DNA of 62,944 bases, filler included, from Sphacelaria rigidula (Eukaryota), in NCBI GenBank assembly GCA_964200075.2. It is 7 parts of 7 records of this genome, joined end to end, with 100 filler letters (N's around TTAATTAATTAA, not from the genome) between each part and the next. Parts side by side here need not be neighbours in the genome. Positions count along the whole stretch, not along the records: positions 27,023 to 35,928 come from CAXNAA020009786.1; positions 36,029 to 44,934 come from CAXNAA020009787.1; positions 45,035 to 53,939 come from CAXNAA020009788.1; 4 more parts are not named here. One strand, 5' to 3'. The position numbers and the translations under genes were made by a program. The notes beneath the pieces were generated by a model that was not told the origin of the DNA, searched no databases, and saw only the letters and a program-made list of their open reading frames with translations. This document shows, piece after piece, positions 34,601 through 46,799 of the stretch (within the stretch, counting starts at the first letter, position 1; every line of letters starts with the position of its first letter).

Positions 34601-34956
34601 ACTTGGAGTTCGACCCTGAAATTTGGTACGGACAATGAAGAGGGCATAATAAAAAAACACTAGTGCACACAAGGTTTTTTTTTCTTCATGAGTTAAGGGC
34701 AATAATCACTTTTTCATATATCGGTAAAATGCCCCTAACTCATGGAAAAAACAAACAAACTTGTGTGCACCGGTAATTTTTTTCATCATGCCCTATTATT
34801 ATTGTCCATCCCAAATTTCAGCGTCCAACTCTAAATATTGGCCGTATAATGGGCCTGCAAACTACAGAATTGCTTCTCGGCTGGCCCAGCTCGTATGAAG
34901 CCTACGGAAGCGAGGCAGCAAACTGCGACTTGCTTGTACCGGGAGGGGAAAAAATC

Positions 34957-35019
<63 letters not shown>

Positions 35020-35375
35020 AGAGAAGGAGGCTGCGGAAACGATGAAGCCCCAGGACACGCATTCCAGTAGAGAAGGCACAAGCGCACAACCAGGAAACAC
35101 CAAGGCAACCGAACAAAGACGACAACAACAAGAAGAGCAGTGTGATCTACCGAATACAGATGCCGACGCTTCTTCCGTTCGAGCGGAAAAAATCACGAGC
35201 GATGCAAGCCCCGGCATTTTATCGGCATCTCGACGATACTGTGACCACAACGTTTCCGGCTCACCTCTCGGTTGAATTCTGCGTTCCTGAAGTTGTACCA
35301 GTTTCCACATTGAGTTGAGTTGACGCCTGTGATGACCTTGCTATGCTGTCTCTCGCGGTTTGACGTAGCTGCTAT
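28661..35375 (-). CDS. Partial multi-exon uncharacterised protein with an internally duplicated domain (3' part of the gene)
   Basis: Phase-consistent exons 35375-35265, 33114-32992, 32420-32254, 32050-31867, 31569-31495, 31150-30971, 30797-30672 (GC donor), 30490-30401, 29894-29800, 28853-28661 (stop). Includes GNWYNFRNAEFN..W..PPKYGSLRFDYVST and LNVINPTYPDRYYRLDL..LAITEPGENW..GWELPLDW. Confidence 0.85.
34582..34855. repeat. Intronic foldback (~120-bp inverted arms), MITE-like
   Basis: GGCCCATTATACGGCCAATA..CATGAGTTAAGGGCA pairs with TGCCCCTAACTCATG..TATTGGCCGTATAATGGGCC. Confidence 0.85.
34963..35017. repeat. (AG)n microsatellite
   Basis: About 27 AG units, directly visible. Confidence 0.98.
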
Positions 35376-35928
35376 CTGTGCAACACCCAGGTTGACGACA
35401 GCGAGCGGGATTGGAAAATAGAGATTTATGTATGTCGGGCTACAGCATGCAGTATTTCGAACAAGAACCTTAGCAATGCCAATCGGCGGAGGTTGAAGTG
35501 GGAATAGATAAGCCCAAACTGTCGATATGAACACGGCAGAGTGGGAAGACTCAATCTTCTTCGTTGCGCCACGTTGCGGCCTAGACGCGAGTCATGCGGT
35601 TACGTTGTTCTAAGTTGTTGACATCATTAGCTGTCGGACAGCAGAACGAGCATGCCGAAACGGAAGGGTTGCTTCATTGCACGAGGATATATCACGAATA
35701 CCGGTCGCAGGATTGAGTGCATGGACATTATATCGCGAGTGCCAGAAACAGGAAATAGGTGCATGAACATCATTGATAGATTCAGAGGCAAGGAGACCAT
35801 ACACTTCACTAATCTAGTAGGAGTCATGCTACAATGAGGGGGGGGGGGGGGGGGGGGTGGTGGTTTGCTTTTTTTTTCCACAAAATTCCCAACCCTTTCC
35901 GTTGGTTAGGAAAGGGAGAGCCCAACAC

Positions 35929-36028
35929 NNNNNNNNNNNNNNNNNNNNNNNNNNNNNNNNNNNNNNNNNNNNTTAATTAATTAANNNNNNNNNNNNNNNN
36001 NNNNNNNNNNNNNNNNNNNNNNNNNNNN
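35929..36028. other. Artificial contig spacer
   Basis: N44-TTAATTAATTAA-N44. Confidence 0.99.
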
Positions 36029-36730
36029 GCCTGAAACAGGCGGCTATGGCACTCTGGAGCGACAACCGACCGGTGCCATAGGACCCGACAGTAGGCTCAG
36101 GCCGAAAATGGCTCGGCTTGTTCGTTCGGAGGCACCCGCGGCTAGGTGAGCGCAGCAAATGCATCTTCAAGGCCGACAGGGTGGTGCGGCCGACGAAGAA
36201 GATCGCATGCCGGAGTTTTATGCGGCCTGTGAGGACTACGTGCACAAGGAAAAGCGAGCAACCGACCACAGATGGAACACGGATGAAACAGGTACTTTAC
36301 TGTCTGTCAAGAGCCGTTCCGTTCATGTGATACAACGCATGTGTCTGAAGCTAGAGCCAGGGGCTGTTGCTGTGGCGTGGTGTTTGGTTGCTCTCAGTCA
36401 TGCTGCGTTTGATTCGGTATTATTTTCGCCGCATTCTTCGCCGACGAAGCACTTGGCGTTTGCCTGCTCATTGCCGTCTCGGCGTGTTCTGTTGATTGCA
36501 CTTACTCTTCACAGAGGTCCTGCCTATACTGTCTGTAGAGGTGCTGCAAGTACCGCGTTTAGAGATTGTGCCAATACTGTGCGTACCACCCGATACTGGA
36601 CGTACTACTACTCTGTACCATGCCCCCCCCCTCCCCACCCCCCGCCCCTCACACCCGCCACTCGTGGACATCTTCGCCGTAGGTGTTACTCCGCAAGGAA
36701 CCAGGGCGTGGAAGGTCATCGCCGAGAAAG
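36029..36730 (+). mobile_element. pogo/Tc5-type (CENP-B HTH + DDE_1) transposase relic with an intron
   Basis: GRKWLGLFVRRHPRLGER (end of the CENP-B-type HTH), a frameshift, then FYAACEDYV..RWNTDETG. GT-AG intron 36292-36682, then GVTPQGTRAWKVIAEK. One in-frame stop upstream; truncated at ~36730. Confidence 0.8.
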
Positions 36731-36899
36731 ATTAGGCGAAGTTTTCGCTGCTTGGCTTGCTCTGTTTCGTGCTCGCAGCTGTCTGCGAGCCACGTCTGCC
36801 GTTCTCGTAGTCATTGTCGATTTTGGCGAGAATTTGTTTCGGGGGGCGAGGGGGGGGCGGGGGGGCAGCAATCGTCTTTCATTGCAACTCGGTCACATC

Positions 36900-37865
36900 C
36901 GTCGAACACCAAATGTTTGCGATGATTCTGTCAAAACTAATCCCACTTGGTTGGGTAGCTCTGAACAAACAGAAAGCTTAGAGCTCTGCGAACGTGTTCG
37001 TCGAGTTCGGCGTCGCCAAACACGGAGAGGAATGCTCAACTTTGTTCCGAAAACCCGTGGATAGGCCAATTTATTCCCCGAATTGCCTCTTTTCCCTCTT
37101 TGGTGCCAGAAGGGGATGCATTGTGAGGCAATGTGATGCATTGCGATGCGTAAAGGTTTATGCCGGAGGAAAATATCTGGAACGTCCTGGCTTTAGGTGT
37201 TCCGTTTTCGCAGCATTGTCGATTTCTGGTGATTAGGGGGGACATCACTCAACGTGCGTCATAGAACCTTAGTCGTAAGGCATGAACACCAGATTTTCGG
37301 AGATTACTGTCAAAACGTATCTCGATGAAGTAATGAAGCAGAAAAAGAAAAAAACGTTTTCGTCGAGTACAGCGTTGCCAAACACAGAATTAATGGCGAA
37401 ATTTGTTCCGAAAACTAGGGGATAGGCCATTTTCATCCCCGTTTTTTTTTGCGGAACGGACTGCACGAGTGTCATACACAATTGTACCAAAAGAGGAGTC
37501 CTGAAACGTCCCAGGTGTTCCATTTTCGCGGCCATTATCGATTTCTGGTGAAAAATGAATGATTAGGGGGCACCACTCAACGTGCGTGATAGAGTACCTT
37601 AATCACAATCGATGAGCACCAAAGTTTACGAGATTACTATCAAAACGTGTTTCGATGGGTTGAAAAAGAAAAAAAAGAAAACATGAGTTTTTGTGGAGTA
37701 CGTCGTCGCCAAACACCGACTTAATAGTGAAATTTGTTCCGAAAAACAGGGGATAGGCGGTTTTCATCCCCGGATTAAACTTTTCTTTCCTTTTGGTTTT
37801 TGAAAACGGACCGCACTAATCCCATAAACATTTGTACCGAAGGAGAAGGTCTGAGACGTCTAAGG
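36900..37865. repeat. Diverged tandem repeat, ~3 units of ~330-380 bp
   Basis: Recurring motifs GCCAAACAC (37015, 37377, 37708), TTTGTTCCGAAAA..GGATAGGC and CACTCAACGTGCGT. Confidence 0.85.
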
Positions 37866-40322
37866 TCGCGAGAAATCAACTGCTGCGTAAAGTGTACCGT
37901 AATCGAAACAGAGGGTGTTTTGGCCGCATTTTTACGTCAATAGAGCCATACTCCATATCTCCTCCTTCGACGTGGTTTGATTATTTTTCAATTTTGAAAC
38001 GCTTGGGTGATAGAGGATCAAATTGCCTTTCTCCGGATACTCTGGTCATTGTTCTACGTGTCGTGGTTCCCACGAACAAGAGTTTTTCCCGTCAGGTACC
38101 TGAAGCGTACCTGAATTGGTACATTCACCTCTAAAAACAAACAAGGAACAAAAACAAATCCTGTGTTGATCCTCCTCCTGTCAGACTCCGGCTGGTGCGC
38201 CCACATATACCGAAAAAGGTGTATACTGGCATCCAGAATGGATGGAACAACAACTCACACACGCAGTAGTACTGTATTTTGCTGACTCGCCAGAACTAAA
38301 TCGATTCAACTGCACTCAATGTAGATCACACAAGTTCGTCAAGCTATACTATACTGTGGATCAATAATTTTGATTAACCGGGGGGGAAACACGGAAATTT
38401 CAAACAGTCCATGCTTGCTCAACGTGTTTCCCCTACATGACATGCTTGTATGCGGGGAACCGTGTACGTTCTACAAACAGTATATGCATAGGGCTTCCCA
38501 AAGTATACCTATGAATCCAAGCTTGATCACGCCGGGGGGGGGTAGAGGAACATGCTCAACAAATTGCACAAACGAAGATGAAAAATCATGCATTGGTCCA
38601 CCTTTACCCGCAGCATCAGAAACGTAAATGTACTAACATTGCAGTACATGATACTTCGATTATACGCCAATATACAGCAGGCTGCAATGCAGTACGGTCT
38701 AAAAGCAGTGATCAGCCTGGAGTACAGTATACAGAATCAGTTGACATGAGAGAATGCTACGTGGAATCACTCATTACAACACTTCGCAATTCCGTTTCTG
38801 TTTGCAATTGGCGTGCTCAACGTGCTTCGTCAGCGCGTAATGTCTGTGAACACAAAATCAACTGCATCTCAATATCACCCGCCAATGTGATCTTGCCTTC
38901 CTGTATTGTGCATCACGGTCAGTTGAAGCCCTAACTGTCAATCCATACAGTTTAGACAACACGTGGTTGTGCACACAAGGCAACATGTTGAGTGCTTCAC
39001 CGAAGAGTTCAACGTGTCGGGAATATGAGACCGACTACTGTACTGTCTGTATAGCGCAACATCTCTCGTCGAAGTCATCTCGAGTAAAAAATGTAAGTTC
39101 AACTATGGTAGATGACGGAATATAACACCCGTACACAACGAAATACGAGATCACAGGCATACCCTCGCGGCATACATGAATGAAAGATACTGCAGAGATG
39201 GGCAGGGCATAACCGTGATCGAAAAAACAGGGGATGAAAGGGAAGGGCAATATATTGCCAACCAAAAACAATCCGACTGTAACACTGCAAAATAAATCTT
39301 CGACATGGTACACGTGACGACATATCCATTTAGTGTGGCGTTGTATAACACCCCCAGTTCAACAGAAGAACAAGGACATATGACACTCTAGAAAGGAAGA
39401 AAATATGCAAACCAACTCGCAAACTAGAATAGAATGACTACTTGCCGATAGCAAAGCATTCTTGAAGTCATCCTACTCTTTGATCCTGGTGGTATTATCA
39501 AGATTCAATGTTTAATCGAAGGGAAGAAAATCAAAAGGAAAGCGTGCCTTTTGAGCACTGCGGCTCGCCTTGAAGTAGAAACTGGGAAGCTGATGACGTT
39601 GTTGTCCTGGACGTGGCTAGTTCATTGGCGTTTGGATGCTAGAGTTGGTGACGCGCGTGTCGAGGGATATTAGTCACGGATCGCGGCGTGGTGCGGTGGA
39701 AAGGGGGACAGTACAATGATGGGCCGTCGATTCGGAACGAAGATACGCGCCCGGAGGGCTGGTTGCAGGAACTGGCTAGTACCCGCAGTCGGGGTTGAGG
39801 ATGTTGAGTAATCCGTCAAGATACGGAGTACATAAAAACATGCCTCTTACATCTGGTTGAATTCGATTCTTCCTAAGAATCGGTGCAATGCTACGATGCC
39901 CTGGTGTTCAAAACTTCTCGAGAAGGCTCTGGCTATCATCACCACCAAGGAAAGCAAAAAAATCGAATCACCTGAAGCAGCGAACAAAGATATCCTGACG
40001 ATCGACGTGTACTGTACTGCGTTGGACTGTCTCCCCACGTGCTGTGAGCTTACGATTGTGACAAGATCAACGGTGAGACGGTTTGGCGCTTGAGTACTTT
40101 ATGAACAGATGTGAAAGGATCGGCCTGTAGTAAATGAATATGAACGAACTCGTGCACAAGTGGATGGCAGTCAAATAATAAGTAGAATGAAAGGTCCCAC
40201 CCGAAATAGTGAAATTTCGTACTCGTTGACCGAAGTTTTGTTTTTTGCCTAGTTCAGTGATCAACCTGCACTGTAGAGTTAAGCAAATGTTGACAACAAC
40301 TGGAGACTGCCGTTTACTTGTA

Positions 40323-40843
40323 TCACCAATGGCGCGTGGAAATGAAGGCTCGACGCTTTTGCCGAAGCCGGTCGTGTGTTTCGTCATGCGTCGGCAGGTA
40401 TTGTTCCAATTTGGACGACGTATCAAAAGCCACAGTGGGGCGATCAGAGGGTTCAGCACCGGTTTGGGTGCGGAAGTCATCATCAGGGAAGGTTTTCGTA
40501 GCATCAGAGCTCTCGCGGAGTGATGCCATCTGAGAAAGAAGAGTGGGAACACCATCAGCGCTTTGAGTGGCTGGTCGGTATACAGAGGAGTGGGCACCAA
40601 CGGGGTTAGGGTGAGCATGTGGAGGGGGATTGTCTCCATCCAGACTCATGTCCCTAAACCTACGTCCTGCAATGACGCTATCATCAACGTCACAACGTTC
40701 TGGTTCGTTTTTGTCACCCGTCTCACTACGCGTGGTGGATTTGTACGGTTGTTCACCATTGTCTGTAGGGAGCGTCCTGTCCTTCGTGACATCGTGCTCC
40801 GATGAAGTCGAAGAGCGGTTGATATCAGACATGGCTTGTACAC
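40323..40843 (-). CDS. Possible exon encoding a hydrophilic, disordered peptide of unknown function
   Basis: Open ~170 codons after a TAG acceptor at 40846-40844. No recognisable domain and no linked exons established. Confidence 0.3.
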
Positions 40844-42033
40844 CTACGCAATTGCGCCAGATCGTTAACGTAGGGATGCGGGGGTTAAAAAGTGAACGTT
40901 TCGTCGTGGGAGACAGCACAGTTGTCGAGGACTGAGGCGGAGCAAACAAAAATAAGCGAAATAGAGTGGCAGGGTATTGTCGACAGTTTTCGATCGATAT
41001 GTAGGTCCGCGCACGCCGCACATGTAGTGGTCTATCGCCTTTTTAATCAGGTGCAGACGAAAGGAGGAAAAACAAATGTTGAAGTCACACAACAAACTGT
41101 ATATGGGTGTGTTGGTGGACAAAGTAACAGCAAAGAGCCAAGGAAGAAAACGAAGGTTGTCAAGATCAACAGACATACAGTGACTATCATCAGCGCAACA
41201 GCGCATTGGACAAACCTGCATGCCATGAAGGGATATACGTGTGGGACGCAGCGAACCGCAGCGTCAAACCGCTCAGTTCTGTTGTGAGAACATGTTGAGG
41301 TTGAGATAAGAAAACAAAACTGTTGGATGCCGCATCGTATCTCCAGAGGCAATATCAGCGCAGCTGGCGATACTCATGTAACAGCACCGCCTAGTTCACT
41401 GAAAATAGCCGAGTTGGGGTCTCGATCACGTATCATCATAAAGGTGGAGTAGTAAATGTACAAGCACAATCGTAATACAAATGTGTAGGGCAGTACAGAC
41501 GGCGACGTATGAAGCACCAGACAGCAAAATGCACGGTGGCACACTACAGTACATATGATCTTCGCGTGGGGTAGCGGAGGGTCGGGTCAATGGTGCTGTG
41601 CCGACGTCAATTCGTTCGTATTACACGAAGAACACCCGACCCCCGCTATATCCGCGCCGTGTTCATATTTACCGTGCAATATAGATTATTTCGTTCAGAT
41701 AGTGCAGCAGTACCAACGTATGTACACCACGGTACCTCGCCGTCAACAACATTTTGCCCGCCGAGACCATTTGGAACTCAGACGATACTGTACTGTGGTC
41801 AGTACTTCAGTTCGGAACAATATTTCGACGCAAAAGGTATGCGGCCTTCTGGACGATCAAGTATGTACTGTAGTGCGTGTTGGTGGCGCGCCAATCACAC
41901 TTTAGTGTGCCCTGGTGCCGTGTGAAAGTGAAAAGAGTACAGAGTCGAGAGCTTGTCTACAAGTAACATAAGCCTCGCGCGTCGCCGTGTTCAATCATGC
42001 TCGTGCACAGATAACATTCTTCGTCCTGGTCCA

Positions 42034-43169
42034 TCATGTCGCATCGATATAATTCGGTGCGCGTGATGGCTCAGCGTTCCGTGTTTGGGCAAGAAACGTC
42101 GTATGCACAGCGGGCGGCGATTGAAATAGCCCGCGTACTCCCCACCTGCAAGCATGAATCGGCGTGTGTTGAGACACACGTCGGTCGATTCGGTTGATAC
42201 AGAATCGACGGGCTGTGAGCAGGGGCGCTTGCGGGGGCAGGTGGTCGGGGGGGCGTTGAAAACGCTACGGGCCCGTGAGGGGCATATCTAAACAAGGAAC
42301 GTGTGAGCCGCTGTATTTTCTGAGAACCGCCCGTGGGTGAAAAAGGGCACAGCACGTCAGATCGAGTGTGCATGAAAACGCTATGCGTTCTCTGTGCAGT
42401 GTATAACGTTACCATAGAGAATGCATCCGCCAAAGTGGGTTGGCTTGTACCTTCGATATGACCTGCAGGTTGCGGGGAATGTGCTTGTGGAGCAAAAGAG
42501 GGCTCGCGTGTGCGCTCGTACCTGAAGCGCCTCATGGTTCGGTCGCCATTGCCTGAGACCAACGTAAGTACTGTATGACACATGGAAGACCTGAAGCTAG
42601 ACCCCAGTCGGAGGGTTCGTCAACTCGAAGTAGAAAAGGATGCAGCTGCCTTTTGAAAAAAAAGTCAGCTGATCACCCGATGAACGGTGTACACAAAATC
42701 ATGTGAAAATCAAAGACCGAAAAAACAGGACTTGAAAAAACAAACAAACGAAAGCTTGTGGTTGGCTGATGCGTGCACAGCAGATGGCGAGAGAGAAACC
42801 GTACAAGTTGAGGTCACAAGCCACCTCTGAAGCCCCACAATGTGGCGGTGTCGGCAATACCGTAAGCAATAAAACCGTATACGCCGAACGCAAGCAAGCC
42901 ACACCCTTGTGAGATGTCAACAAGCGATCCTGGTTCGACTTGCTACACTCAAACTGTTGTTTCAATCTCTCAATCCAATAGCCCGGCTGCCAAAAGGGGA
43001 AAACACACAGCCCCAAACCCAGAAAACAAGTAATACTTGTGGATGAGGGTAGAAGTACAGCACAGCTTAGACTCACGTCAATGCTGTGGCTCGCGACCGT
43101 GGAGGCGGAGAGACCGAGGATGGTAGGTGATGGAAAAAAGCCCTTCTCTATCCAACAGGTGCTTGTAGG
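42034..43169 (-). CDS. Putative 3' exons of an unknown gene
   Basis: Exons 43169-43077, 42986-42905, 42552-42522 and 42145-42034 have GT-AG sites and compatible phases (PTSTCWIEKGFFPSP..SID|PGYWIERLKQQF..HK|GNGDRTMRRF|RWGVRGLF..*). No domain recognised. Confidence 0.45.
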
Positions 43170-43683
43170 CTGCGGTCGGTGTGTTCGAGTGAGACAGGTG
43201 GGTAGAACAGGTGGGGGCAGCTGTTCTATCGGTACGTCCGTCTGCCCCGCTTACACCCTCGTCATAATACAAAATCATCGTGACGTGCTGTGCCTTTAGC
43301 CAATCAACGCTGTAGTAGCAGCAGGTACACGCGGCTAATCGGGTACAAACTTGTATCTACCTTCAAGCAGCGTCAAAGACTAAAATGATCCAAATCCTGC
43401 CTTATACAAACACACATTCGACTAGAATCTTTCCATACCCGCCGGTCGTTCCTGGGGATCACCTGCATCCCCGAAGAACTAGTTAAATTCAGGCACTCAG
43501 TTATTTACCATCACAGTATCACCGAAATTCCAACGTAGCTTCATTTATTTCTTTGTCTGCATTCAATTTGTGGGAAGAGTGCAAATGTTTTGAAAGAAGC
43601 GCCCTGGCCACGAAAGGAAGGGGTGGGGGTATTTGATGAGATAAACCCTTTTTGCATGGAATATATTCCCGCGAAGGGGAGAG

Positions 43684-43890
43684 TGATATAGGTTTTGGGG
43701 GGCATAAAAATATTGGAAGCATTTTTTTCTGGGTAAATTCAGTTTTTGGATTATATTTTTTTGGATTTTGAGCATGACTCGAGATACGTGATACAGGTTT
43801 TGGGGGGCATACAATATTGGTACTGTTATCTGGGTAAATTTTGCTTTTTGTAATATATATTTGTGGAGTTTGAGCATGGCTTGAGATATT
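43684..43890. repeat. Two-unit ~105-bp AT-rich tandem duplication
   Basis: AGGTTTTGGGGGGCATA..CTGGGTAAATT..TTTGAGCATG occurs twice. Confidence 0.8.
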
Positions 43891-44934
43891 TTTATTTTTA
43901 TGTCGGGTTGTTATTTTTCCGTTCAGGGTTTCAACGGTATACGTTTTCAAGCCATGACTGAGCCGTGAACAGGGGGGCTAAGCAAATATCCTCACGCTCT
44001 GTCATGAACAAGATTGATGCAGGATATAGCGCGGCACGAGTAGCATCAACCATGTTGAGGTTGCGGAGCATTATCATGGCCAATCAGAGGAACAAATGTA
44101 TGATGACATAGCTTATGCTAGTACAATATACTTCACGCGCAGACAAACGAGCTAGGCATCGCCCACGTCTGTCAGCCAGTCCTGGTCCTGGCTGCCATCT
44201 GTCTGCCTTGCTCTGGGTGGTTGCATAAGTGTATGTAGTGAGTCCGTGTGTGTGATGTTGAGTGAGAGAGATTGAGGGTCTGTCATTGGGTAACAGAGTG
44301 TGAGAGGTTGAGGTAAATTGGCTGAATATGCAGAGTGTGAGAACGACAGAATCAAAACACTATATGCAGTACTACTACTGTTTTTTGGCTGAACCGGGCT
44401 ACTGACTGCTGGTCACACACTTGAGTTGTGTGGACGCTTATATCCGCATCATAGCGGTTGAATAGAAAATTAGGCAGTTCAACAAGGAAATGAAGCACAC
44501 GCCGAACAGATCAACTCCTGACAGGTCTGTTCAGAAAGCAAGTAGTTTACCCATTGGACTAGTGAGCGCTCACTGGTTCAATGGGTAAAGTGTTCGCATC
44601 CTGAACATGGTACGGGTTGGCTCATTCGGGAGTCATCCTACGATAAGGGGGGGGGGGGGGGGTTTTGGGCGACCTCTTGCACACAATTCCAAGTCAAATC
44701 GTCGTTGACAACAGCAGCGGTCGTTCGAACGAGCTTGTAATTGAAATCATCGCTCAGTCGTACTGCTTGATACCGTTTTCAACCAAATACAAGCGCAGCG
44801 CGACTGTGGCAGGACGCCTGAGACACCTAGGAGCCTATTTTTTCGTGCAATCAAATCCCCCCCCCCCCCCCCCCCCTTTTTTGGTTTTTCGCTTTGGGGC
44901 TTGTTTTTTGTCTTTCTGGGTGGGTGTGCTACCC

Positions 44935-45034
44935 NNNNNNNNNNNNNNNNNNNNNNNNNNNNNNNNNNNNNNNNNNNNTTAATTAATTAANNNNNNNNNN
45001 NNNNNNNNNNNNNNNNNNNNNNNNNNNNNNNNNN
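44935..45034. other. Artificial contig spacer
   Basis: N44-TTAATTAATTAA-N44. Confidence 0.99.
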
Positions 45035-45810
45035 TGAAACGGGCCCTCCTATACCCCGGCCACGTTGTACGCATGCACGATGACCGCCTCCCCAACATAG
45101 TTATGCATGGAGTGATGGTTGAAGGGAAGAGGAGGGCAGGCCGACCCGCAAGGCGCCTACAACATTGTATTACCGGCTACTGCTCATACACGCGACATCG
45201 TTGACGCAGGTTGCCCAAGATGTGTCCGAATGGTCTCGAGTTGTAGAGGAGGGGGCTAGTTTGTATATGACAGCGTGGACCAAAGCACGCCAAGCTTAGG
45301 GATTGTTTGATGCTCTGCCTCTAGAGTTCCCCCAGTACCGACCGAGGACCTCCAAAAAGTAACCTGTAGTCCATTCGGGCTGTACACTCGCTGCCGCCGT
45401 TCTCCGAACAGCTGTGGTAGTCGTATATGACGGTGCCTAGGGTTGTTTTTTTGTTTTTTGAGTTGATCTCGAACATGGTGGCCATACTAATCTCCTTGAG
45501 CCACCTGTCTTTCCCTGTTATGTCTTTCATTATCTTCTCTCTTCCTTTCTTTCGGTGTACATTTTTGACAGATCTGGCGTTTGTTGTTTGTGTGTTTGTT
45601 TGTTTTTCTTTCTTTCCTTTCTCTCCCCGTTGAATTCGGGGGACCTACTTCTCATCGGTTTTCGTGGCGTCTCTCTTCTCATTTTTATTTTTGGTGATGT
45701 GTCTTGTAAGGAATAGCAGGAAACGGTATTGGAAAGGTGAGCCTACGTCTGTGACCACGGGTGGGCGAGATCGGAATAATGTGCGGTAACAAAAATAATA
45801 AATGAAAAAA
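45035..45810 (+). mobile_element. RTE-like LINE 3' end (ORF C-terminus, 3' UTR, A-rich tail)
   Basis: ALLYPGHVVRMHDDRLPNIVMHGVMVEGKRRAGRP, homologous to 25740-26010. Ends in AACAAAAATAATAAATGAAAAAA. Confidence 0.8.
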
Positions 45811-45877
45811 TCAGCGCCTTTCAAATTGTTCCGAAATATAAAACACGAGCTCCAAGCCCAATTCCACGGAATCTACA

Positions 45878-46215
45878 CATGTTTCGAATCGTAGTAACCG
45901 TCATCAGCTTGGGAATCTAACGGGAGAAACAAATTTGAAAACGATTCCGACGGGGTCGAATTTTACCCAAAACCGTAATGTTTCGGTGATGTGGAGCTTT
46001 GGCGTCGTCTAATTTCCCCTTATGATACGTACGAAAGACCCACGGAGCCTCGAGACGATTTCCCTTGTATTTTTTGGAGAAAAGCTCAGATCATCCTCAA
46101 ACTTGGCAGTTCCGTAGGGATTGATGCTCAAAATGGAAAAATATATATTCTTGGCGAGATTTCAAAGTTTCGCCGTTCTGTACCGGCTTACGGGGTTCCC
46201 AGCATAAAGACCCCA
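45878..46215. repeat. ~340-bp repeat with an inverted copy at ~52235-52578
   Basis: Shared blocks such as AAACTTGGCAGTTCCGTAGG / CCTACGGAACTGCCAAGTTT and CGTAGTAACCG / CGGTTACTACG. Confidence 0.8.
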
Positions 46216-46464
46216 GAAAACCGGTACAGAATGCCCCAACACCAAACCTTTGACATCTGAGGGTTAGGTGGTATCCCAAGGAACATGTGTGCGAATTTTC
46301 GATGCTCAACTCGAAAAACTGAATCGGCTGGGTCTTTTACCGTAAAAACAACCCCCAACAAGGGTGATTATGTGCTTTAATCACGTAATTACCGACTTTT
46401 TTATACTTCAGCGCACGTTTTGGCATTTCCTAACGCCGTTTTTTTAGCTAGACCGCGAAATTTT

Positions 46465-46666
46465 GCACACGTGTTCTAGAGGGCACCATCTAAAACCAGA
46501 AGACCGGGGTTTTTCGATTTTTTTTGTTGGTGGCTTTATATCCAAGGTCGCGGTTGTCCTACTTGACCGAGGGAGGGGTCAAATCCCGACTATCTCGACA
46601 CCAACAAAAATAAATAAAAAACCTCGGTCTTCGAGTTTTAGATGGTACTCTCAAGAACATGTGTGC
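46465..46666. repeat. Foldback, ~65-bp inverted arms
   Basis: GCACACGTGTTCTAGAGGGCACCATCTAAAAC.. pairs with ..GTTTTAGATGGTACTCTCAAGAACATGTGTGC. Confidence 0.8.
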
Positions 46667-46799
46667 AATTGTTCGTGGTCTAACTCGAAAAAACGGCTTG
46701 AGCAAATTCCGGGGAATGAATATTGGACGTTCAATCTGAACCAGCTCGTAGAGGTATATCGCTTCACTCCGCATGACAAGACGGTTTCCACAAGTGTTT

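Noticed and set aside
34831..35310. ERERER/SLSLSL ORFs
   Set aside because: Produced by the (AG)n microsatellite inside an intron.
36159..37064. 301-aa ORF as a single protein
   Set aside because: Only the first ~45 codons are transposase-like; the rest reads through the intron and adjacent repeats.
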